This document shows positions 40,565 through 53,134 of a stretch of 64,000 nt of DNA, piece by piece. The notes under the pieces were generated by a model. The model searched no databases, had not been told where the DNA came from, and saw only the letters and a list, made by a program, of their open reading frames with translations. Both the position numbers and the translations under genes were made by a program. Source of the DNA: Chlorokybus atmophyticus (Eukaryota; Plantae; Mesostigma and Chlorokybus algae); NCBI GenBank assembly GCA_009103225.1, contig RHPI01001037.1, forward strand, positions 620,001-684,000, in the 5' to 3' direction. The stretch's first letter is position 1, and every line of letters begins with the position of its first letter.

Positions 40565-41438
40565 CCCCCCCCCCCCCCCCCCCCCTCTTCACACACACAT
40601 TGTATACAAATATGTCTTGATGAAAAGACACATAAAGGCAAGGCCAGAGTCAGTTGATCAGTAATTGACAGTCTCGTGTGGGACGTCAACACCGATAGAT
40701 AGGATCATTGAGACCACTGTGATTGGTTGGCAAGGCCGGGTCATAGTTGCGATGCAAAACCAACTTGCACCGCAAATGTTGAGTATGCTCCATATCTTCG
40801 GAATTGGAGTCTATGCAAATTGACAATGTGGTAGCAAACACCCGTGCAAGCAAGTTGCTGTAGGCTAGCAACACCAGTAAGCACACCGAACTCTATTATT
40901 CCATATGTACATGTCTCATTGCAACATACAATGACACGCGCGCGCACAATGCCTACACTGTGGCACGCACTTTGGCTCACGCGTAGTTTTATGCTACAGC
41001 AACTTGCTTATAAGCAAGTTGGCAAGTTGTGCCCGATGATGTTGAATGTCGGATTTGCATAGGTTTTCGTTGCGTTGAGTACTCATGCATCGTAGTGTAA
41101 ACACGTTATACATTATGCTACGCACTTGTGGCAGGTGGTGTAGTGTAATTGACTTTTGTACACATACTATCTAGTGTACACGCCGACAACTTGCATTCGT
41201 GCCCAACATGTATGGGGAGCAAGGGGGGGAGCAAATGGGCACGCTGGTGGCTTAAAACGGTCGAGTTGAAGCCAGCAGGAGCTTAGAAGGAGCCTAGCCA
41301 GTGTAGCAGCAAAGTACACTGGTAAGATGGTGCAGCATCAGGCAGCCGGCTGAGCTGCAAAGCTGAGGTCGAGTTGCCCATCTGGTCTGGTGCACAGTGC
41401 ACTGCAGTGAGGCAGGTTTGGCGGCGGCCGAGGCGGCG

Positions 41439-44422
41439 ATGACGGGGATGCGGCTGGCGCCGTGGGCGTCGTGGGCGGAGTGGGAGCAGGTGCGGGCGTG
41501 GTTGCGTGCTGCGGCAACGCACGCCGACGTCCGACGGGGCCTGCAGAGGGTGCGTGAGAAGACTGTGCTGATACTCCCTTCTCTCGTCCTGTTATGCCTG
41601 CTGTTGATTGATCGGTGTCACTACGTATAGTTCAGTAAGTCTGCCGGTTACTATGTGCTCGCTTTGAAGACAACGTTACTACTGCATGTGTGTATTCAGC
41701 ACGCCAGCTGTTATTAAACTCACGACAGCATGCAGTGATGGTTTTTTCATGCGAAGCAGTCACCAGGTGTGCCTGCTCTGCACTTGAACAGGAATCTACA
41801 ATGTACAAGATCTGCAATGTTACGCAACTGTAGATGAAGCATGCATGTTCATGCGTGTATAGATTGCTTGCGATCCTTGAGTTTATCGTTGGCATGCAAT
41901 GTTCATTCGCAACGGTGATGAAGCATGCATGTACCAGCTCAGTGCGAGAGGTAGTGCAAATCTAGCAGAGTATCATGTTGCATGCCTGTATGGATAGGCA
42001 AAGAGATTTGCTGCTTACATTTGCAGGTGGCAGCATGGCGTTGTCGGGGCCGGGTGCCGCTAGCCGTAGAGGTCACAGCTGCCTTGATGGAGGCACGTTC
42101 GCACGATCCTGGTGTCAGGTAGCGACAAGTTGGATGCAGTTAACCAATGCAGTGGAAGCAATGCCATTGCGTGATTGGTTCAAGTTCAAAAGTTTACGCA
42201 CATGAATGAGCGCGTTGTCATGTCCTGTGCACTGGTGTGAGCTTGTCATGCAATTGAATAACCGTCTTAATCACGTCTTTCTGTCAATTGAAGCCCAGAT
42301 TGTGAGGAAGCCTATTCGGAAGAGATTTTGCGGCTTACTTACGCGATGACAATTATAAGGTAAGGTAGTCACTTCTTGACCCCAGCTTGCTAGTTGTGTG
42401 TACACTTGTTTGACAACTCTTTGCTGCAACAGGCTTGTCAACGGTATTGCTGACCAATCGCAAAAGAACAAGTTTGCAGCTTCCGTCGCCTTGCTTGCGG
42501 CTAATGCCGGTTTACCACAGCTGCTTGTGGACGCCCGGCATGGTGAAGTGCACATCGCTCCTTGTTTATAGCACTACATGCATTTGGTACCAGCAAGTAA
42601 GCACACATCAGCTGAAACACTTTGGCCGCCAGATGCTGCCCACAATGCGCTCCCATCACTGCCAAACTTGCGTGTTGCTGTCAATGAGGTACAGTTCAAG
42701 ACAGCATGGTTCGTCTGCAACCTGTCCAGTGTCTAGCGTGACGCAGCTGTGGTTCGCAGGCACTGGCCTGGCTAGAGGCCTACTACTGGCAGCAGCAAGA
42801 AGGTGCTCTAACTGACATCAATAAAACAGTTGAGGGAGCTTTGCAAGACTTCTGCAACGCCTTCCACAGAACCTCAATGGAGGATTCTCAGGATTCTCAG
42901 CATCAGGAGGAGGTTGGTGGAGACTCGGGTAATTTTTGAGCCATTCAGGCTTGGGCTGCACCACATGCTTTTACACATGTGACTTTGCTTGCGACCAGTG
43001 AGAACCCATTGACAGGTGTATTGACGCAGATGCAAAGACCATGCGCATGGCATTGAGCATTTGCAAGCTTCATGGCGCTCAGCTGGGACGGACAGAGCAG
43101 TTTGCTGCAATGGCGGCCGACTTCATTTTGCATGACGCAAAAGGTTGATCAAAGTCCTGACCTTCAATGTTCTGCTCACATTGTGCGCACGGATCGCTCT
43201 TTCTTCAACACAACGTACACAAATGGTTGAGTTTGCGTTCTGTAGGTGACACCAGCCTTGCAGTAGCGGAGATGTTTCGCCGACTTGAGCAAGACAACAG
43301 ACGCGAGCTGCCAAGCGCATTCTGCGGTCAGCTACTGCATCGGATGCTTGCAGCCATTTCGAAGCAGCATTCCACTGAAGCAGCTGACTGTCAGCGCGTT
43401 TCACACCAGTTGCTCAGAGCCGCTGTGAGCACTTTGTCTTCAGGCGCCGAGGTAGCATACCCGCTGCAGCTTGACATTCTCAAGACCGCTTTGCAGCTTC
43501 GCAACATGCAATGGTACATGGCATCGTGCGTATATTGCAACAGCACGTGAAGATGCACTGCTTCCTTCACATGTATCAAGTAGGGTGACAAAACTGTTGT
43601 GTGTTTCGCAGGATTCCTTCTGAGCTAGTCGAGGAACTTGTGACGGTGGTGGCTGGGCCGGCTGCAATCAAGCATCGTGTAGTGTCTCTATGCCGCCTGT
43701 CAAGTCTACAACCTAACGCAGAGGACCACACGCTCAATACAACTGCTGCCAGCACTGACGCAGGTGAGAATCAGTTTAGCAATTACTCAATGTTGACGGT
43801 TGCAACATGCAAAGGGAGTCCTAAACCTGTCAAGAAGCAACATTGGTTGGCTATGGTAGCCTGCCAATGTATACGCAAGCACATTCTGCTCAGTGCATAG
43901 GCGTGTCTAATGCAGCCGTTGTGAATAGAGGCGGCCTTGGAGGCAGCTAAGGCGGTGCACACACAGCTGCTCGACAGCGCGCGAGCCAATCAGAAGGCAC
44001 AACAGCAAGAAGTGGCTACAACAACAAGCTCAGAAACATGCGTGCCATGGCGGTTGAGCAAACTCTGGCGGCCTTGTGCGATTGGCATGCTCCCATCTCC
44101 CTACACCTACAACGGCACGCTGCCAGACTTTGGTGATGAGGACGATGGGGCTGAACTGGGCGATGGTGGTGCGGAGCACGTAACGATTGATGCGAATGTC
44201 TCTGTCGTGGCACAACTCCAACAGGCGCAGACAGTGATGGAGTGCGATGCAGAAATGGCAGTGTGTGACCCAAGAGCTGCTGAAGTGCGGCAGAATGACA
44301 TTTTGTGTGATGAGGCTGTTGGCACGCCGGGCATGCGGCTGTTTCTGGGCACCGCCTGGTGCCAGCTGTCACCTGCCGACATCAAGCGCATCCAGCAGGC
44401 GGTGACACGAACAATATGTTGA
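41439..44422 (+). CDS. LAS1: LAS1-like pre-rRNA processing nuclease
   Basis: APWASWAEWEQVRAWL...|VAAWRCRGRVPLAVEVTAAL, RLVNGIAD, GLPQLLVDARH|...AAHNALPSL (the RxxxxH motif spans an intron). Confidence 0.88.
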
Positions 44423-45385
44423 TTGGTGCATTTGTGTGCACAGGGAAGGTTGCCACCAGTTTGCACATGGGTAAATGTCAGTTTCGCAGGGTTGTTGTCA
44501 TGCACACGCAGCAACACGTTAGTTCATGCAGTCAAGCTGAGTGGAATTGTCTTGATGAACGGTGGGTCAGTGTGTAAAGATCTAAGACACTACTCGACAC
44601 ATGGCAGTGTGGTTGTGTTGCGATGGTTTGACATTCAACCTTTTTGCCCATGTATTATGAGAGTCTCTTGGAATAGTTTGTAGTCAAATCACAGACATCC
44701 TGCCGATGGTGACGTTAGGACTTGCAACATTTTTCATAGCATTAGTAAGTGCGCCTTAACTTGCTTGCAACAATTTTAATGGATGTACGTTGGTTTGCAT
44801 AGGTGTTATTGCGGTTATGTCTACGGTAGACAAACCTTTGCCCATACGCACTCGTATGATCTGTCGATAAAGACTTTCTCGCCACACTTCAATGTGGACA
44901 AAACATAGCAAAACAAACTAGGTACCATGATGATAAGCGTCTTCATTGACCCACGGTCTGAAGTGGGTCGGTCAATGTGATTGTCTTGCAGTATTCTGCA
45001 TCAAATTGGCATTTGCGTATGTAATTGCTGTCACAATCACCACCTTAGTGTATAACAAAAGGAATGCGGAATTCGTGCATGCAAAGTTACACATGCCATG
45101 TTCACATGTTAGCCGACAGCAGCACAGTCGCCACACTCACCAACCACGCAGTCAAACACAAACCACGCTAGTTGGTAACTATTTCATTGTTCCACCTATC
45201 GCTCACCCACCTACTAACCATCCCCGTTAGTCATGCATGCACAGCCATCAATTGTATCACTATGCATGCTCACTGAGAAAACTGACTGGCAGTCAGTCTG
45301 TTTTACTTGCCCACATGGGCGCTGTTAGTCGGTGTTGCAGGCTCAGCAGCAGCAAGACAATTCCCTTCCTCTCCGCTCTGCCCCC

Positions 45386-45719
45386 NNNNNNNNNNNNNNN
45401 NNNNNNNNNNNNNNNNNNNNNNNNNNNNNNNNNNNNNNNNNNNNNNNNNNNNNNNNNNNNNNNNNNNNNNNNNNNNNNNNNNNNNNNNNNNNNNNNNNNN
45501 NNNNNNNNNNNNNNNNNNNNNNNNNNNNNNNNNNNNNNNNNNNNNNNNNNNNNNNNNNNNNNNNNNNNNNNNNNNNNNNNNNNNNNNNNNNNNNNNNNNN
45601 NNNNNNNNNNNNNNNNNNNNNNNNNNNNNNNNNNNNNNNNNNNNNNNNNNNNNNNNNNNNNNNNNNNNNNNNNNNNNNNNNNNNNNNNNNNNNNNNNNNN
45701 NNNNNNNNNNNNNNNNNNN
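45386..45719. other. Assembly gap
   Basis: N run. Confidence 1.
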
Positions 45720-46399
45720 TTGCAAACTGTTATTCTGTGCCCCCCCACTTCTCCTTCACTCTGCGCTCAACTCTAGCGGTGTAACCCTTGCATTGCGTTT
45801 GGTTGCCGCGGACAAGTTTTGCTACGATGTTGTCAGTGTACCGGCCCCGCGCGGTCTGTCGGCGTTAAACACGACACGCCGACAGTGGTTTTGGTTCGCG
45901 CCGGCGCAAATCCGCGGCACAGCGCAGCACTCGCGCGGTACTGCGCTGTGCCGCGGCGCTGCAGTGACACTGTACTCACTGTGACAACGTAGGCCACGTG
46001 TTCTGTAGTCTTGACCGCGGCCTCTGCCTTATTCTCTTCGTGCCGTCGGTTAAGGATTTGTAGCCATCAATAATTGTTGATCGACGGCCCTGCGCGCTCA
46101 ACAGCTTTGGTATAGCGCCTTTCACGCCTGTCAAGTGAAAATGCGGCCGGTAATTCGTCCTGCGGCAATCGACTGCCATGGTGATGGCGGGCAGGGCCCC
46201 TCTGCCCCGCCCCTCTGCCTTGCCCGTCAACCAGCGACTGTCCGGTCTGACCAGTCGGAGAGCCAAGGCCGTTTTCCTTGTTGCCTGGCAATCGCGGTAT
46301 GTCGCCCGATGCGACGCGGTGACAGTTGTACTCACGAGATTGCCATGCATGTCGACGTTGACACGCGCGTTGTGACCGAATTTAGTTGTTGTATGTCAT

Positions 46400-47421
46400 T
46401 TGACCGGCGTGGAAACGCGTTGTCTGTCGACCAATTGCACATCGAACGCAGCCAACGTGCGAGAAGCTGGAGGCCTGCTGGAAGACCGCTCACTCAAACG
46501 CAGTTTGTGCAGACTCATCAGAAAAGAGCTGTCAAGAATAGCAGCACTCTACTTGCGTGAGGGTCAACAGTTAGTGCTTGCTGGAGGCAGCGACCTCAAC
46601 CACCTGAAGGACAAAGCGATAGTGGTAAGGAGAGAAGCAAAGGTGACATTTAATTTTGTGGATGACTACGCATGCAATTATGCGCATGCAGACTCACGAG
46701 TCTGGTTGCACGCCGTTACATGCCAGCAGCAAGCCGTGCTGAAGTTCTCGCCAAACACCGACACCAGCCTCATAGGGATGGGTGCTATCGAGCAAAAGGC
46801 CAATGCTATGCAAAAGAGAGTTTACATGCAGTTGACTTCCAGCGGCAGCAGCAGCAACAGGACTCCTTACCTAGACATCACTAGTGTGTACGCACACTCT
46901 CAGCAGAGTATCTCAATTGAGGCTCGTAGCAGTTGATCAGCATATTAAAGTTTTTGTTGGGCTTTTACGTTAGAACTGGAAGCGATTACACATTATACTT
47001 TGCTAGCATCTCCAAGCACTACTTCTAAACAAAAATCATGGCCAACGAATTAACATTCATCACACGTGTGCAGCAAGCATGCAATGATGATCTCACACCA
47101 ACCTACCTTGGGTTGATAGGCTGCGCTTACATCATGAAGCACAAAAATTGCTTCCTTTCCACCAGCAGCGCCACAGCCCGCTTCCATGACACATGCGGTG
47201 CAAACGCTGTGCCTGACTCTATCTGCAGCCTCACACCATGGCTGCAAAAGATTACACAGCAGATTTGGGATAAGACAGCGGACAACAAGGATGACATGCC
47301 GTCTGTCACAGCGTTACTGCAACATTGCAAACGCTCGTCGTGGGTAGCAGGTATGGGGTGGAAAATGTGCCAGCACACCATCACAGTTCCCCCATTTGAG
47401 GAACACGGATGCACTCATTAG
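46400..47421 (+). pseudogene. Decayed ORF resembling an uncharacterised transposon-like protein family with a FEN/XPG-type PIN-like motif set
   Basis: Intronless, broken frames with KRSLCRLIRKEL...QQLVLAGG, CNYAHADSRVWLHA, FSPNTDTSLIG, LIGCAYIMKH, QQIWDK...MPSVTALLQHCKRSSWV. Family match is from memory, not from a search. Confidence 0.5.
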
Positions 47422-49020
47422 GTTGGAGTTATCAAGGCGGTTATGGACACACCGGACGCTATGGCAGCAGCACGTTAAAGGGCATCCATGATCCTTCATT
47501 GATGCTTATGTAAGCAGACACAATGCAGAGGCAAATAATGCAAGTGCAAAAAAAGTGGCTAGACATGCACAGCAGCATGCTCATGCGTATGATGCGAGTA
47601 CATTAGCACACCATAAAGCACCAAGGCTGGCGTGGACCCAGCAACATTTGCAGCCGCCAACACTGAATTGGACACAGCGCATGGTCAGAGCACGTCACCG
47701 ATCTGCCCTCAAGTGACTCAGAGCTGCATGTACTGTGCAGGAGGACACTGCATGGCTTGACCACCTCTCCGATACAGACCTCATTCTATAAACATTCCAG
47801 TCATTGAGTATCACAGATGAACAGTGAGACCACACTTTTTTTCAAAGCGGAAGAAGCCGCAGCGTCGTCGCTGAAGTCACCACAGAGGGTGGGCATGCCA
47901 CTCTTTGTTGTGGCCGCCAAGCCATCTACATATGGCTCACACTATTCAAAAGCACCGTAACGCCGACGCAAATGTTAACCACAGAGGGTGGGCAAGCCAC
48001 TCTCTGCTATGGTAATAAAGCCATCTACAAGTGTCGCAAATAATGCACGCAACAACAGATATAGCTAGTGACATGCATAGGCCTTAATTGTACATAGTCA
48101 TGCGCTGGTTCACTCTGTATACATGTTCAACTTTGCATAGCCCTTTTGCACACACAAAGATGCATGTGCGCATGCGTTAGCAACAGAGTGAATCAATCAG
48201 CCCAACTTAATTTCGCATGTACACAAGCGTATGCAGCAACAAAGTAAAATTGAATCCCGTATGACAGATTAGCAAACGGTTTGTAATACCTTGTGCTTGA
48301 ATGGCCCTAGCTGAGTGCGTTAGACACCATTCTGCCTCCGCCATCAACTCTTGTTTATGCACAAGCACTCAGTGGCCGGCTTCATGCCCATCATTCTGCA
48401 ATTTATACAAGCGCAAAACAGGGGAACGACCAAGGCCAGTGTGTTCCACAACACCTTACATGCCTTCAGCACATGTATACTCTAGGGCTTGACTGCCATC
48501 CATATACACCTGCTGCAGATTATCAATTCAACACCGCCAGCCTACGGTCCCGCCAGCCATACCGCCGCCCTCCTCGCTACCCATATCGCCGCTTACGTCG
48601 CTGGCACATGGACAACAACGGACCCGCCAGTACGAAACCCTAACACTTGCGCTTTGGCGATGGCGGAAATGCACGTAAACACGCGTCTCAAAAGGTCAAC
48701 ATACGCCGACATAAAATATTCCAGATGCGACGACTAACGGCTTGTTAACGTCGCAGATCGCTGTCAGCCGTTTCAAGCAACCGACATGAAAGCCCTTCAA
48801 AGTCGAAATCAACGGCGAGAGACCACACGTCACCGTCGATTGACATCGATGTGACCCGACGTTCAAGCAGCAAGGATAGCAGGGGCAAGTTGCGTTGGCT
48901 GTCCGACTGTGAAAGTCGTGAGCGCTGTGCTGTAAGTAGTGTCGTGTTGGCGGTTCGGTTCAATTCAAGTGTGTATGTATGAACATGTTATATTGCGTGC
49001 TGTTGTATCTGGTGCTTTTT

Positions 49021-49320
49021 CACCTCCGAATCCGTACTACCAAAAAAGCCTTTGTGAATGAGGCTTGATTTGCAATAGATTGTATGTACGAGCCTTCACC
49101 CCCGCCCAAACACTTAGTTAGAGCACTTAGCCCATCATGCCCGTGCTCTTGTCTTTATACAGCTTGTGCTTGTGTACCTTCTGATTTCACCTCCTGATCC
49201 GTACTCCCGGCAAGCCTCTATAAATGAGGCTTGTTTTGCGACAAATTTTTTATATGCGCCTTCACCCCCGTCCAAGCCTTAGACTTAGCTAGAGCACGTA
49301 GCCAAGCATGCCCGTGCCCT
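49021..49320. repeat. Two diverged direct copies of a ~125-bp unit, ~170 bp apart
   Basis: CACCTCC-GA-TCCGTACT...AATGAGGCTTG...GCCTTCACCCCG...TAGAGCAC-TAGCC...CATGCCCGTGC at ~49021 and ~49190. Confidence 0.75.
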
Positions 49321-49521
49321 TAAAATTAATAATTCTTTTTGTTCGCCTACCGCTACCGCTTGTGCTTGTGCTTGTGCTTGTGCTTGTGCTTGTGGTGTGC
49401 TTGCACTCTTGCATCTGTATACATGTATTGGAAAGCCCATGTCCCGGTGCCACCCAACCCATGGTAGACCAAAAGGCGCATAAAGCGCAGCCTTTGCAGA
49501 AAGGCTGCGCTATGACCAAAA

Positions 49522-49594
49522 CGATTCCACTGGGGATCGAACCCAGAATCTCCAGCTCCGTAGGCTGGCGCCTTATCCATTGGGCCATGGAACC
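49522..49594 (-). tRNA. tRNA-Arg(ACG)
   Basis: GGTTCCA-TGGCCCAATGGATAAGGCG-CCAGC-CTACGGA-GCTGG-AGATT-CTGGG-TTCGATC-CCCAG-TGGAATC-G folds as a 73-nt cloverleaf, followed by TTTT. Confidence 0.97.
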
Positions 49595-50165
49595 TTTTCG
49601 ACTGAATGTTGTAATTATTATTATAATACATAGTATACAGACCTTAAAGCATGCTGCATGCGTAACGTCAAGTGCCGCCGCAAGCTCATTTGTATGCTTG
49701 TCCGTTGCGCGCGATGATGTATAACACATCTCTGTGTATGCTGTGGCCACTGAATAAACATAGCACCGCGCCGCGACTGTCTGACTGAGTGTTGCATTGC
49801 CATCTTGGTGACTTCGCCACGCCAAGTCTTCGTCCTTGGAACCACACATGTGACGAGAGCCTCCTCATCCCAAAGGTCAACCCGCACACAACATCCTCTT
49901 GCGCCAGCAGGTTGCCACCTTACGCTGCAGACTGGTGTTTTTCCCTTCCGTGCCTTCATTGCGCAAAGTAACAAATAAAAGAGTAATGTTGACCTGGGAA
50001 CCGTTTTTATATCGCTTTCAAAAAGGGTTGTAGACAGCTGAAGCTTGTATATACCCTTGTAACTACCCAAGTGGCTCTTAACATACGTGGTGTGTTAGTT
50101 TGTTGCATTGACGAGCAAGGTTGTTGTGTTTGCTTCATCCTGTGTGTGTGTTTGATGTTTCAGCC

Positions 50166-51590
50166 ATGGGGAAGCAAATCATGTGTCAGCGCATTGGCTG
50201 CGATGCCCTGTTCGACCCGACAGGCGAGAACCCCACAGACGCATGCCAATATCATCCTGGGGTTAGCGAGCTATTCATGTTGTTTATGCTTGAATCAAGC
50301 GCCAGCACTTGCACAGTCACTCACCGCGCGTTACATGTGTGCATTTGCGCGTGTTGGCGATGCTGTACGACAGCCGGTAAGCAGATGGCTGTCTGGAGGT
50401 TGTTTGAGTCGGGGATGCCTGTCTTACCTATGCTCTTCCTGCATACGCACAGCCTCTGTTTCACGATGGTAACAAGGAGTGGAGCTGCTGCAAGCAAAAA
50501 AGCTATGACTTCAGTCTGTTCATGCAGTTGCCGGGGTAAGACATGGCAGATTGATGGTTGCTGCACACACACATAGCCGCGTGCAAGCATTGATATGGCT
50601 TCATACGCATGCGATTGTACGCACGCAAATGTCAAGTTGTAAGCTCTTTATCGTTCTTGATGGCATACATGCACTAGTTAGGTGTTCAGTCCAGCAGTGT
50701 TGCAAACTGTTATTCTGTGTTTCTGCCTTGTGCATATGTGCCGCCTACACGATGAAGGCTGCTCAAAAGTGATGTGTTGTTCAACTTCCAGTTGTCAGAA
50801 GGGTCCGCACTCGGCAGAGAAGCCACCGAAGCCGGAGCCGAAGCCCGTTTCCATGGACAGCAAACTGGCGGCTGTGCGGTTGAACGACAGCAGCAGCAAG
50901 CCTGCTCAATTGCCAGCTAGCAAGCCTTCTTCCTCGAGTTTGGACAAGAGCCAATGCCAGCGCTGCCGGCAAGGCTTCTACTGCTCAGAACACGCCGCTG
51001 TACCAGGTACATCGTCATGTGCGACAGTTGAAAGCTGTTCAGTAGCGTTGAGATCAGTGATGTGAACATGGTAGTTATACATAAGAGTGTGTGTGTGTGT
51101 CATAGGGGTAACATCTGCAGGTACAGAAGCATCCACGACTGGCGTGTCCCTGAGGGTATCAACTACACCTTTGCCGTCATTATTCAGTAGCCACAATGAT
51201 TTTTGTGAAGGCAGTGCTGGTTTAGTTGAGCCTAAAGCGAAGAAAGAAGGACAGCCCGTTGTTGCCACTAATCAAGGTGGTCATAGTGCCTCATCAGAGG
51301 TGGACTTGGATGCGCAGCGGGTGTGCCGAAATAAAGGCTGCGGTGCAAGCTTTACCGAGCGTGAGAACAGCGACACCACTTGCAAGTATCACCCGGGGCC
51401 CGCAGTGTTTCACGACCGCAAGAAAGGGGTAAGTGAATGGGGTTGGAGTGCAAGGAGGTGTTGTGATCTGCTGAGGCTATTAATTCTTGATTTCGTGCTG
51501 CAGTGGGCGTGCTGCAATGTGCATGTTAACGACTTTGACGAGTTCATGACCATCGCACCGTGCACAGTCGGCCGCCACAGCGCTGGCTAG
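50166..51590 (+). CDS. RAR1: RAR1-type CHORD protein (CHORD-I, CCCH linker, CHORD-II; no CS domain)
   Basis: CQRIGCDALF...CQYHPG|..FHDGNKEWSCC; linker CQRCRQGFYCSEH; CRNKGCGASF...CKYHPGPAVFHDRKKG|WACC...CTVGRH then stop. Confidence 0.88.
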
Positions 51591-51744
51591 GCCTGCAGGA
51601 AGGACAACTTGTACTGGTTAAGGCTGGTGCGGTTGCAACCATCATCCACATGTGGCACTACGCATGTAGAATATTGGTTTTACTGTGCAATGGTGGTGTT
51701 CTGCCGAATTGAGTAGTACAATAACAACCGTAATGTTGCCCCCC

Positions 51745-52458
51745 NNNNNNNNNNNNNNNNNNNNNNNNNNNNNNNNNNNNNNNNNNNNNNNNNNNNNNNN
51801 NNNNNNNNNNNNNNNNNNNNNNNNNNNNNNNNNNNNNNNNNNNNNNNNNNNNNNNNNNNNNNNNNNNNNNNNNNNNNNNNNNNNNNNNNNNNNNNNNNNN
51901 NNNNNNNNNNNNNNNNNNNNNNNNNNNNNNNNNNNNNNNNNNNNNNNNNNNNNNNNNNNNNNNNNNNNNNNNNNNNNNNNNNNNNNNNNNNNNNNNNNNN
52001 NNNNNNNNNNNNNNNNNNNNNNNNNNNNNNNNNNNNNNNNNNNNNNNNNNNNNNNNNNNNNNNNNNNNNNNNNNNNNNNNNNNNNNNNNNNNNNNNNNNN
52101 NNNNNNNNNNNNNNNNNNNNNNNNNNNNNNNNNNNNNNNNNNNNNNNNNNNNNNNNNNNNNNNNNNNNNNNNNNNNNNNNNNNNNNNNNNNNNNNNNNNN
52201 NNNNNNNNNNNNNNNNNNNNNNNNNNNNNNNNNNNNNNNNNNNNNNNNNNNNNNNNNNNNNNNNNNNNNNNNNNNNNNNNNNNNNNNNNNNNNNNNNNNN
52301 NNNNNNNNNNNNNNNNNNNNNNNNNNNNNNNNNNNNNNNNNNNNNNNNNNNNNNNNNNNNNNNNNNNNNNNNNNNNNNNNNNNNNNNNNNNNNNNNNNNN
52401 NNNNNNNNNNNNNNNNNNNNNNNNNNNNNNNNNNNNNNNNNNNNNNNNNNNNNNNNNN
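51745..52458. other. Assembly gap followed by (CT)n
   Basis: N run, then ~18 CT units. Confidence 1.
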
Positions 52459-52494
<36 letters not shown>

Positions 52495-52501
<7 letters not shown>

Positions 52502-52750
52502 CCGTATCGGTATTGGAATACTATCATACTGGTTTTGGTAAACAGTGCTGATACAAAGCAACCATTCTTCACGCGGTTCGGCAAGGTACACGCATCCTAT
52601 CCCCAACAGCAGGCTCCACAACCTGAGGTCCGTATCGGTATTGGAATACTACCATGCTGGTTTTGGTAAACAGTGCTGATACAAAGCAACCATCCTTCAC
52701 GCGGTTCGGCAAGGTACACGCATCCTATCCCCAACAGCAGGCTCCACAAC
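52495..52750. repeat. Tandem duplication, 2 x 128 bp
   Basis: Copies at 52495-52622 and 52623-52750 differ at only a few positions. Confidence 0.9.
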
Positions 52751-53134
52751 CTGTTGGTATAGTTGGTGCGGTTTTCTTAATGAAGATTGTGGTCAGATTG
52801 ACATCAGACTACCTGTAACACAATCTACAAGGCTGTTCGCAAAATGACCCGAGTCAGAGGCCAGCGATACCTATCAGGTCGAACCATGTGAGAGCATCCA
52901 GGCGCACTGCTCTGCTTTCCTGCGATTGCTCATGACTTGTGCATAAGGACATAACTAAGCACAAGACATTTACTTGACAGCCCTGGATTCGCGCATCTCG
53001 ATGTCCAGAGGCAACACAGCAGCAAGGCAAGAGCATACTGAACGTCGCCGGACATTCATTGCCAACCACTAATGGGGTTTGTGAAATACGCAACAACTTG
53101 GTCTGAAGGCAAGTCTACTGGTCACAGATTTGAA

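Noticed and set aside
45721-45739. 19-bp identity with 50701-50719 (TGCAAACTGTTATTCTGTG)
   Set aside because: Short and directly at a gap edge; could be a gap-filling artefact or a repeat fragment.
52495-52750. CRISPR-like array
   Set aside because: Eukaryotic context, no spacers, no cas genes; it is a plain tandem duplication.
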